Below are positions 51,665 to 60,111 of a DNA stretch of 64,000 nucleotides, piece after piece. The DNA is from an uncultured candidatus Porisulfidus sp. (GTDB taxonomy: Bacteria > Pseudomonadota > Gammaproteobacteria > Poriferisulfidales > Poriferisulfidaceae), in NCBI GenBank assembly GCA_965199755.1, contig CBDASZ010000001.1, positions 32,001-96,000 on the forward strand, in the 5' to 3' direction. A program made the position numbers and the translations under genes. The notes beneath the pieces are model-generated. The model did not search any database. It saw nothing but the letters and a program-made list of their open reading frames with translations, and had not been told where the DNA came from. The first letter of the stretch is position 1; every line of letters begins with the position of its first letter.

Positions 51665-51908
51665 GGCGGCGATTTTATCAAAACGGAAAGTCCGCGCCGC
51701 AATTTTCAGGACGGAAACGCTCTTTCCTGTTCAACTGCCGAGGCGCAAGACTGGGGCCCAATATGTACCTGGTACTAAGCATCAGGCAAAGCTGGACGGC
51801 TTGTTAAATTCGAATGGGACGGGAAAACTTATAAGGCGCGCGGCGAGGTTATGTCGCGAAAAAGAGTGTGTCATCCAGCCTGCTCCTTTATATCTCGACC
51901 AGCACTAC

Positions 51909-52751
51909 TTAATCTGATACTGATTCGGTGATGCAGTCCACCAGCCGCACATCGCCTATTCGCGCCGCCGACAGAATGACCCAGCGATCGACCGACTCTT
52001 TCAGTTCCTGCAATGTGTCCGGGTCACAGATCGCCACATAATCCGCCTGCAGGCCCGCCGCCGCCACACGCGACAGCGCCAATTCACGCGCTTTACCCAC
52101 ACCCGCACCTTGTTGCAGACAGGCTTGCGCTTCAGCCAGCGCGCGATGCAAACCAGCAGCGCGCTCCCGATCTTCCAGATTGAGTCGACGATTCCGCGAG
52201 CTCATCGCCAAACCGTCGCTCTCACGCACCACGGGTGCCGCGATAATCTCAATCGGCGGCTGACGCGCCTCAGCCAAACGGCGCGCCAGCATCAACTGTT
52301 GGTAATCCTTCTCCCCAAATACTGCCTTGTCCGGTCGGGTCTGGTCAAACAGGCGCGTGACCACCGCGGCAACCGCACACAGGTGCATGCCACGACACGC
52401 GCCTTCCAGCACATCGGTCAACCCTGGCATCACGAATGCTTCCAGGTCCGGCGTACCCTCCCCCCAGATCGCCTGCTCATCGGGGACGTACACCACATCG
52501 ACTGAGGCTTCTTCCAATGCTTCCAGATCACACTGTTCCTCGCGCGGGTAGGCAACAAAATCTTCGGGGTCATCGAACTGGACCCGGTTCACGAACAGCG
52601 TCGCCAACACAGTGCCGGCGCACTGGCGCGCACGCGCCACCAAACTGAGATGCCCCTCATGCAAACTGCCCATGGTCGGCACCACCACGCATGGAGAGGC
52701 GGCATTAGCGCGGGCAATGCTCAGTTCTTCTGGTGTCCGGCAGACGATCAC
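51909..52751 (-). CDS. panC: Pantoate--beta-alanine ligase
   Basis: PTMG.LHEGH, FGEKDYQQ, RESDGLAMSSRN, RLVD. Confidence 0.95.
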   Translation of the reverse strand: MIVCRTPEELSIARANAASPCVVVPTMGSLHEGHLSLVARARQCAGTVLATLFVNRVQFDDPEDFVAYPREEQCDLEALEEASVDVVYVPDEQAIWGEGTPDLEAFVMPGLTDVLEGACRGMHLCAVAAVVTRLFDQTRPDKAVFGEKDYQQLMLARRLAEARQPPIEIIAAPVVRESDGLAMSSRNRRLNLEDRERAAGLHRALAEAQACLQQGAGVGKARELALSRVAAAGLQADYVAICDPDTLQELKESVDRWVILSAARIGDVRLVDCITESVSD

Positions 52752-53527
52752 GGAAAATCGCCGGAGCGCACCGCCTGAACGTAAGCACGCACAGCATCCG
52801 CGATACTGGCCCCCGAATTCATAAAGTTTTGGGCGTGTCGGGGGATGGGGTCAGCCAGACCCAGCACATCCTGCAGCACCAGAACTTGACCGTCACACTG
52901 CGACCCGGAACCAATGCCAATCACCGGAACGCTGGCCTGCTGTGTGATCTTGCTCGCCACTTCCGGGTACACGCATTCCAGCAGGAGCAGTTGCGTGCCC
53001 GCATCCGTCAGGGCTTGCGCCGCGTCAAACAATTCCTGCGCCTCAATTGCATCCTTGCCGCATCGCTGTACACCCTCGAAACTCTCCAGACTCTGAGGTC
53101 GCAACCCCAGATGCGCACAGACCGGAATACCGGATGCCACCAGCGCCGCGACTACTTGCACTTGATCTGTGCAGGCTTCAAGTTTGACCATCTGCGCACC
53201 GGCCTCTATCAGCGCACCAGCATTCGCCAGCGCCGCATCCACCTCCTCGAAACTCTGATACGGCATATCGCATATAACCAGTGCCCGGCGCGTCGTCCGA
53301 GCCACGCAGCGGGTGTGGTACACCATGTCCGCCATCGTCACGTCGCGGGTGTTCGCATGGCCTTGCACAACCATTCCCAAGGAATCCCCGACCAGCACGA
53401 AATCCACCTCGCAGGCATCCAAAACGGCGGCGAAACTGGCATCGTACGCGGTCAGCCCGGCAAAGCGTTCGCCTGCCGTACTCATCGCGCGCAGGTGCTC
53501 CGGTGTGATTCTGGCTGTGGCTTGCAT
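52748..53527 (-). CDS. panB: 3-methyl-2-oxobutanoate hydroxymethyltransferase
   Basis: LTAYD, LVGDSLG, VKLE, HLGL.PQS, IGIGSG..CDGQVLV. Confidence 0.97.
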   Translation of the reverse strand: MQATARITPEHLRAMSTAGERFAGLTAYDASFAAVLDACEVDFVLVGDSLGMVVQGHANTRDVTMADMVYHTRCVARTTRRALVICDMPYQSFEEVDAALANAGALIEAGAQMVKLEACTDQVQVVAALVASGIPVCAHLGLRPQSLESFEGVQRCGKDAIEAQELFDAAQALTDAGTQLLLLECVYPEVASKITQQASVPVIGIGSGSQCDGQVLVLQDVLGLADPIPRHAQNFMNSGASIADAVRAYVQAVRSGDFP

Positions 53528-53537
53528 GGCGTTCCTC

Positions 53538-54713
53538 TCAAATTAAAGCCACTTCGGCTTCCTGCAGCGTCGTGGCGCCTTGCGAGGGATCCAGAAAATA
53601 TTGACCCGGCTCGCGAATCCCATCCAGCGCCGCCAGCAGGCTCTGATAATCCTGCTGCCCCTGGGACAGATTGGTATACGTGGTATCCACTGTCAGCAAG
53701 GTGCCGGGATAGCTGCGGAAATATTCTGCCATCAGCAAGGACAAGCGTTCCAGAAATTCGGCTTTGAGTTCCCGCTCAAATGAGCGGCCCCGGAGCTGAA
53801 TTCGCTCCAGCAACTGCGGCAGTGGCGCTTGCAGGTAGATCACCAGATCCGGGCGCGGAAGGGAGGCCGTCATGTGGGTATACAGATCAAGCCACAGATC
53901 GTATTCATCTCCGGTCAAGGACAGACGGGAGAACCAGTCGCTTTTCTCACTGATGTAGTCAGTGAACACCGGCTGGCGGAACAAATCTTCTTGCGTGAGT
54001 CGCTGCATCTGGCCGGTGCGACTGACCAGAAAATACACCTGGGCCGCCAAGGCGCTGGCATGCGGGTCGGCGTAGAACCGCTCAAGAAAAGGGTTACTTT
54101 GGTAATTCTCCAGCATCAGCATGCCGTTGAAGTCAGCCGCCAGACGGTTGCACAGGGTGGTTTTGCCCACTCCGATGGGGCCTTCCACGGCAATCAGCCG
54201 CATTTCTTGCGGCAACTGCCAACTCGCCGCGATGCGATCAATCGGGGAGGCCGGACACAGCTTCAGCAAGGAGGCAAGCAAGCCGCGATTCGGAATCTGC
54301 AATTCCGGGTCAAGTTCCTGCAACGGCAGCAGCACAAAGAGGCGCTCATGGGCTCCCGGATGCGGCACGGTCAGATCTTCCTGCTCCACGCATTCATCAC
54401 CCCACAGCAACAAGTCCAGATCAAGCGGTCGCGAGGCCCAGTGCTCCGAGGTTTGGGTGCGTCCAAATTGCCGCTCGATTTCCTGCATTTCGCCCAGCAA
54501 CTGTTGCGGCTGCATATCGGTTGCCAGACGCACCACGGCATTGATGTAGTCCGGCTGGTCCAGACCACCCATGGGCGGATTGCGGTACAGGCCGGAGGCG
54601 CCGCAGACACGAATGCGCGGATGCTCCCCCAGACGGCGAATCGCCTCCCGGATCTGCTTCTGCGGCTGCCCCAGATTGGCACCCAGGCCGACATAAATAT
54701 CCGTGCGTTCCAT
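53538..54713 (-). CDS. folK: FolK (HPPK) fused to deoxynucleoside kinase
   Basis: N-half GLGANLG, QPDYINAV, RPLDLDLL, PHP..HERLFVL.PL; C-half IAVEGPIGVGKTT, NPFL..FY, PDLVIYL, RI..RGR.FE; one ORF from ATG 54713. Confidence 0.9.
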   Translation of the reverse strand: MERTDIYVGLGANLGQPQKQIREAIRRLGEHPRIRVCGASGLYRNPPMGGLDQPDYINAVVRLATDMQPQQLLGEMQEIERQFGRTQTSEHWASRPLDLDLLLWGDECVEQEDLTVPHPGAHERLFVLLPLQELDPELQIPNRGLLASLLKLCPASPIDRIAASWQLPQEMRLIAVEGPIGVGKTTLCNRLAADFNGMLMLENYQSNPFLERFYADPHASALAAQVYFLVSRTGQMQRLTQEDLFRQPVFTDYISEKSDWFSRLSLTGDEYDLWLDLYTHMTASLPRPDLVIYLQAPLPQLLERIQLRGRSFERELKAEFLERLSLLMAEYFRSYPGTLLTVDTTYTNLSQGQQDYQSLLAALDGIREPGQYFLDPSQGATTLQEAEVALI

Positions 54714-54715
54714 GG

Positions 54716-56029
54716 CTATCTTCTGCTTCTGCGTCGACGCCGGCGGCGCGGGGGCTTGTCCGAGCATACGGGTTGGTATTGTTCCTGAATTTTGGTCCAT
54801 GCCTGAAAGGCCTCGGCCAGCGCATCTTTTTTGCCCGCGCGCAAGCCCAAAAAATCATACGCCGCGCGAAAATAACCCTGCGAGATCACGCGCGCCGGGT
54901 GCTTGCGCGGGCCGGTTTCCAACTGCGCCTGACGGTGCCAGATTTCCCGGATCATCTGCGCGTGGCGATACGGAATGCGGGTGGTGCTCATTTGCCGCTT
55001 CAGGACACGGTCGCCGCAGACGGTTAGCGCTTCCGGTCGGTTCATTTTGGACTGTTTGTCTTCCTTCATTCGCTCGCACACCTCCGGCCACAGCATGACA
55101 GCGTAGGCGAAGGCGGGAGATAAGGGTTTCCCTTCGCGGGCGCGGACATCCGTGTTATGCAGGGCGCGGCGCAGAAAATTCAGATGCTCCGGCTGCTTCT
55201 CATCCTCCAGAATCCAGTCCGTGTGCGGGAACAGCCGCACCAGCAGTTTCTTTTCACGCAGCATGTCCAGCGCGACTTCAGCCGCGCCGCAATGCAGCAG
55301 TTTGACGCCCTCGTCAAACATCCGCGCAGGTGAAATAGCCTCCAGAAGATAAGCTGATTTCGCGATGCAGGCATCCATGGCAGGGTCAATCTCAAACTCC
55401 AGTTTCGCCGCGAAGCGCACCACACGCAGCAGACGCACCGGATCTTCCCTAAACCGGATCACCGGCTTGCCCAGCATACGCAACTGGCGCGCGCGAAGAT
55501 CCTTGATGCCGTCGACGAAATCCAGCAGCGCGTTGTCCCGTGGGTCGTAAAACAGCGCGTTGATCGTGAAATCACGCCGCTCCGCGTCCCGATCAATCGG
55601 GCCATAAGCATTGTCGCGCAGAATGCGACCGCCCAGAGTTGTGGCTACATGCTCGCGACCGGCGCGCGAACGATGACCGCCGCGAAACGTCGCCACTTCG
55701 ATGCGCTCGCGGCCAATGAATACATGCGCGAGACGAAAACGCCGCCCGATAATGCGACAGCGATCAAACAAGTCCCGCACCTGTTCCGGGCGCGCATCAG
55801 TGGCGATATCGAAGTCCTTCGGATTCAGGCCCAGCATCATGTCGCGCACACCGCCACCCACAATGTAGGCATCATAGCCACCTTCGTGCAGAGTCCGCAC
55901 CACGGTAAGCGCCGCGGTACTGACTTGTGCGGAATGGAGGTTGTGCTCGTGCGGGCCCAGCACCCGCAACTGTTTGCGCGTGCGCTTCAGCGCCACCTTG
56001 GAAATCCGCGAGAGCAATTCGGTCGACAT
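54716..56029 (-). CDS. pcnB: Poly(A) polymerase I
   Basis: VGGGVRD, PKDFDIAT, IIGRRFRLAHV signature, RRDFTINAL, EDPVR.LR, FRAAYDFL, Arg-rich tail. Confidence 0.97.
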   Translation of the reverse strand: MSTELLSRISKVALKRTRKQLRVLGPHEHNLHSAQVSTAALTVVRTLHEGGYDAYIVGGGVRDMMLGLNPKDFDIATDARPEQVRDLFDRCRIIGRRFRLAHVFIGRERIEVATFRGGHRSRAGREHVATTLGGRILRDNAYGPIDRDAERRDFTINALFYDPRDNALLDFVDGIKDLRARQLRMLGKPVIRFREDPVRLLRVVRFAAKLEFEIDPAMDACIAKSAYLLEAISPARMFDEGVKLLHCGAAEVALDMLREKKLLVRLFPHTDWILEDEKQPEHLNFLRRALHNTDVRAREGKPLSPAFAYAVMLWPEVCERMKEDKQSKMNRPEALTVCGDRVLKRQMSTTRIPYRHAQMIREIWHRQAQLETGPRKHPARVISQGYFRAAYDFLGLRAGKKDALAEAFQAWTKIQEQYQPVCSDKPPRRRRRRRSRR

Positions 56030-56124
56030 GATGAAAGACGCAGCGAGCTTGCCATTCTAGCCGCCGCAAAAAGGGGGAGTGTTGGTGCTGGCTTTCGGGT
56101 CTGCTAGATGGCGCTCGGCGAGGC

Positions 56125-56910
56125 TTATTCCCGAATCACCCCACGGGAACTTGAGTCAATAAAGTCGCACATTTGCTTCACTTCCGGGCAGGACTCCGAA
56201 AGCGTCCGAACCTCCTCACCTCGCGCCGCGGCACCACCGCGATGCAACAGCAAAGTATAAGCATGGTGCAGGTTATCGAGAGTCGCGCGCGGAAATTCAG
56301 CGCGCCGCAGGCCCTCGCGATTGATGCCAGAAGGGCGTGCTGGATTGCCGACCGCCATCACAAACGGCGGCAAGTCCCGATTCAGGGCGCAACCCATGCC
56401 GCTGAAGGCATAGCGGCCGATGCGACAGAATTGATGCACCAGCGTGAAGCCGCCGAGCGTGGCGTAATCCTCCACCTGCACATGACCGGCCAGCGTGGCA
56501 CCGTTGGCGAAAGTTACGTGATCTCCGATCACGCAGTCATGCGCAATATGCACGTAGGCCATGATCCAGTTGTGGTGGCCGACCTCGGTGACATTGCGGT
56601 CTTGCCCGGTGCCGCAGTTCAGGGTGGTGAACTCGCGAATGGTGTTGCCATCACCGATGCGCAGTTCGCTTTCTTCGTTGGCGTATTTCTTGTCCTGTGG
56701 GATCTCGCCGATTGAGGCAAACTGGAAGATGCGGTTGTTGCGGCCGAGCGTGGTGCGTCCGGTTACTACCGCATGCGAGCCGATGGTGGTGTCAGCACCG
56801 ATGCGCACATGAGGTCCGATGACGGCGTAAGGCCCGACTATCGCCGAGGCATCCAGTTCCGCTCCCGGTGCCACCACTGCGGTGGGATGGATGTTCACCG
56901 CTTCGGACAC
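56125..56910 (-). CDS. lpxA: UDP-GlcNAc O-acyltransferase
   Basis: Hexapeptide repeats, PQDKKY, HIAHDC, LAGHV, HQFCRIG. Confidence 0.97.
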   Translation of the reverse strand: MSEAVNIHPTAVVAPGAELDASAIVGPYAVIGPHVRIGADTTIGSHAVVTGRTTLGRNNRIFQFASIGEIPQDKKYANEESELRIGDGNTIREFTTLNCGTGQDRNVTEVGHHNWIMAYVHIAHDCVIGDHVTFANGATLAGHVQVEDYATLGGFTLVHQFCRIGRYAFSGMGCALNRDLPPFVMAVGNPARPSGINREGLRRAEFPRATLDNLHHAYTLLLHRGGAAARGEEVRTLSESCPEVKQMCDFIDSSSRGVIRE

Positions 56911-56913
56911 GAA

Positions 56914-57372
56914 TCAGGACACCGGATCTTGCGGCTTGAACATGCACATGATCTCGGCCTGCGCAGCCAGTTCCCCGTCCACGCTGGCGGTAGCGTCAAA
57001 GGCCGCGCAATTCTTGCGTATCCACAACAGTTTTACTTCCGACAGCAACTGATCACCCGGCACTACGGGGCGCTTGAAGCGCGCCTTCTCCACACCGACG
57101 AACATATACAGGCTTTCTTCTTTCGGACAGTATTCCGGCGACTTGAACACCAGCAAGCCGGACGTCTGCGCCATTACTTCCAGAATCAGCACTCCGGGGA
57201 AGATCGGCTGGCCCGGGAAATGTCCGGTGAAGCAGGGTTCGTCCGCCGTGATGTTCTTGATCGCCTTGATCGACTTGCCGGGGTCCAGCTCCAGTACCCG
57301 GTCAACCAGCAAAAAGGGGTAGCGGTGCGGCAACAAACGCTGGATTTCCTGAATGTCAAAGCCGCCGCTCAT
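56914..57372 (-). CDS. fabZ: 3-hydroxyacyl-ACP dehydratase
   Basis: LPHRYPFLLVDR, GHFP..PIFPGVLILE.MAQ, F..PVVPGD; start ATG 57372. Confidence 0.97.
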   Translation of the reverse strand: MSGGFDIQEIQRLLPHRYPFLLVDRVLELDPGKSIKAIKNITADEPCFTGHFPGQPIFPGVLILEVMAQTSGLLVFKSPEYCPKEESLYMFVGVEKARFKRPVVPGDQLLSEVKLLWIRKNCAAFDATASVDGELAAQAEIMCMFKPQDPVS

Positions 57373-58400
57373 CCCTGACTGCCTCCGCTGTCGCCTTTTA
57401 TCAGGGCACCGACAATCTCGTTGAGGTTCTTGAAGCGCGCGGCATTGCGCAGCCAGACGGCATTTTCCTGAATTGAGGTGCCAGAACTGTATGTTCCCGC
57501 ATCCTTGATTGAGCGATCCGCTTTGGACATGCCGGTGATCACCACTCCGTCCGCCAATTCCACATGATCCTGCACGCCGGCTCCGCCGCCAATTTGACAA
57601 TAGCGGCCAATGGTGGCGCTTCCGGCAATGCCGGAACAACCGGCAATCGCCGAGTGATCGCCGATCGACACGTTGTGCGCGACTTGCACCTGGTTATCCA
57701 GCTTGACGCCGCAGCCTATCACCGTGTCCTCCAGCATGCCGCGATCGATGGTGACCAACGCGCCGATCTCGCAATCATCGCCAATCCGCACACTGCCAAG
57801 ATGCCGCAACTTGATCCAGCGGCCGTCCTCCTGGGCATAGCCGAAGCCATCGGAGCCAATAATGGAGCCGGGCCAGATCTCCACACGGTCGCCCAGTTGC
57901 GTTCCCGCCAGCAGCGAAATGCGTCCATGCAGGTAGCAGCCCTCGCCCACAGCGCTGTTCGCGTCAATCATGCAATGCGGTCCGAATACTGTGTTCTTGC
58001 CAATACGCACACCATCGCCGATCATGCAGTATGGCCCGATCTGCACCGGATTCTCGACCTCTGCCCGTGCGCTGATCTGCGCGGTGCTGTGAATGTACTG
58101 TTTGATCTGCGGCACCGGATACAACGCCCGCATGGCGTGCGCCATACTTAAGTACGGATCGTCGCAAACCAAAGCCGGAACCGGACAGGCGGAAAGATCG
58201 GCCTCGCGCAACAGCACGACGGAGGCCTGGGTGTGAGTCAGCGCGGCGCGGTGGCGGGGATGGCTGTAGAAACTGATTGCGCCGGGACCGGCGGTATGCA
58301 GCGAGGCCGCATGGTCGATGCAGGCAGAATCATCCGCGGGCTTGCCTTCCAGCCGCGCGCCAGCAATCTCTGCAATCTGATTCAGGTCCAGCAATGCCAC
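57369..58400 (-). CDS. lpxD: UDP-3-O-acyl-glucosamine N-acyltransferase
   Basis: IGSDGFGY, TIDRG, KLDNQVQVAHNV, GIAGS. Confidence 0.97.
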   Translation of the reverse strand: MALLDLNQIAEIAGARLEGKPADDSACIDHAASLHTAGPGAISFYSHPRHRAALTHTQASVVLLREADLSACPVPALVCDDPYLSMAHAMRALYPVPQIKQYIHSTAQISARAEVENPVQIGPYCMIGDGVRIGKNTVFGPHCMIDANSAVGEGCYLHGRISLLAGTQLGDRVEIWPGSIIGSDGFGYAQEDGRWIKLRHLGSVRIGDDCEIGALVTIDRGMLEDTVIGCGVKLDNQVQVAHNVSIGDHSAIAGCSGIAGSATIGRYCQIGGGAGVQDHVELADGVVITGMSKADRSIKDAGTYSSGTSIQENAVWLRNAARFKNLNEIVGALIKGDSGGSQG

Positions 58401-58416
58401 ACGGGACCCCGTGGAA

Positions 58417-58932
58417 TTATGGGTTGCTCAGTTTTTTGAGCACCCGCTCTGTAATATCAATTCGACTACTGGCATACAGAGTGACCGCCTGCGTCAGAAT
58501 CAGGTCGAAACCGTCTTCCTTGGCAATATTTTCGACCACGGCGTTGACCTCTTCCTGCAGTTTGCCGAGTTCCTCGTTGCGCCGGATCGCCAGATCCTCG
58601 CGCACTTCATCGCGAGCCCGCACAAAATCACGCTTGCGCCGCTGAACATTACGCTCCAGCGCCACACGCCGTTCCTCTGACATCACATCGCCGTCATTAG
58701 CCAACTGTTCTTCCAGTTTGGTGATCTCCTTATGCAGTTCTTCCAACTGCTTGTTGCGCGGAGCGAATTCATTCTGCAACTCCTGACGCGCAGCGGTAGC
58801 CTGCGGAGAGTCTTCCAGAATGCGACCGACGTCAACGAAGCCCACCTTGGCGCTCTGCGCCCATACGGCGCTGCTACCAAGCAGCAACAAGGCCGCCACA
58901 GAAAGACGGGCAAGACTGGTGTGATGTTTCAT
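58417..58932 (-). CDS. skp: Periplasmic chaperone Skp/OmpH
   Basis: Signal peptide, KVGFVD, coiled coil, DIT..VL; operon position. Confidence 0.93.
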   Translation of the reverse strand: MKHHTSLARLSVAALLLLGSSAVWAQSAKVGFVDVGRILEDSPQATAARQELQNEFAPRNKQLEELHKEITKLEEQLANDGDVMSEERRVALERNVQRRKRDFVRARDEVREDLAIRRNEELGKLQEEVNAVVENIAKEDGFDLILTQAVTLYASSRIDITERVLKKLSNP

Positions 58933-59053
58933 GCGTACTGCTCCCGATTGCCGCCCATTGTACAGGCATTTGGGGATTATAGGGAATTGGGTCTCAAATC
59001 AGTTGGGGTATTCCCGACTTCTTTGAAGCTGTGGCTTGCGGCAAGTTCCATAA

Positions 59054-60097
59054 TCAGTCATGGTAGCCACGCGCAACCAATACATCTTCAATCAGACTCT
59101 TGCGCAGATTCAATGCGCCGTTGGTCGACGGGAACGCGATGCGCTCCCAGGCCGTGTTGTGGAACAATTTTTGCATTTTGGGCTTGCATTTGCGAAACAC
59201 CCACCCGTAACCCCTATTATTCGGCAATTCCTCATAGGATGATAGGCTTTCATGCCGGTGAAGCAGGTGGACGGAAGGGACAGGTCGCATTTGCCGATCA
59301 TGTGCTTGTTTCGGGTGCTGGAGGGTGTGCCGCCATCAGAGAGCGAATACACCGTGACAAAGGAATCACAGGTTTTCCGTGGCTCCAAAGTGATGTGCTG
59401 GCGATTGATTTTGGTCCAGATCTGAAAGATCGTGCTGATTTCCACCGGCGCGCCGTCGGGCTTCTCAAAGGAACTCGCACTCAGCTTTTCGCTGTGCGCC
59501 AGTTGAAATCGCTGATCCACCCGCTTGCTCGGCACCCCCCTTGCCATCACTTTCGAACAGCTACGGCAGAATGAAGGCTACCCTGTCCGCAAATTGGGCG
59601 GAATGGTTGATGAATTACAGCGCCAAATGCCCGCGAAGTCCGAACGGGGGATTGCCAATGACAATGTATTGCCCCTGATGTTCCGGTTGCCACAGGAGAT
59701 AGTCCGCTTTGCTGAGTTCGTGGTTTCTTGGTGCCAGATCAAGACCGATTCTTCGGTGCGCGGGGAGCGTCTGATAAAACCCGCCTCAACCGGCAGACGG
59801 CTCGATAAAGGTGTAGGGGCTCAAGTCCTCGTGCAAATCTTGCGCGACCTGGCGGAAGGTTTCCCAACACTGTCGGCGACGGGTGGTTTGGTGTAAAACT
59901 GATCCTCGGCCTCTCCTGAAAGCTCCAACATCCGCTTGAAATCCCCCGTGTAGTGCCCGGGGACCTTGCCCATGTCCACCCCATCGCTTGATCGTGTTGG
60001 CGTGCAGGCTCAACCTGCTTGCCACCTCAGCCAGCGGCATCACTTGTGTTACTTTGTCAAACAACTCCTGAGCCGTGGCGCTAGTCATGACGCCCAC
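59054..60097 (-). pseudogene. HTH-fused amino (N6A/N4C) DNA methyltransferase pseudogene
   Basis: Joined frames: VASRLSLHANTIKRW (HTH) ... DQFYT ... FIEPSAG*GGF (motif I) ... VIGNPPFGLRGHLAL*FINHS (motif IV) ... VAFILP*LFESDGKG ... FQIW ... LSDGGTPSSTRNK; three in-frame stops plus several frameshifts. Confidence 0.85.
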
Positions 60098-60111
60098 TCC
60101 GAGTCTCGCTT

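Noticed and set aside
52733-54788. Long plus-strand ORFs (344 aa and 319 aa)
   Set aside because: They lie opposite panB and folK-dNK and have no motifs; such shadows are expected in GC-rich DNA.
59520-59790. In-frame stops as a sign of stop-codon recoding or selenocysteine
   Set aside because: All three stop types occur together with frameshifts, and other genes terminate normally at TGA/TAA/TAG; ordinary pseudogenisation explains it.
58732-59896. Plus-strand ORFs of 280 aa and 123 aa in the bamA-skp gap
   Set aside because: They are antisense to the methyltransferase pseudogene, whose motifs are on the minus strand.
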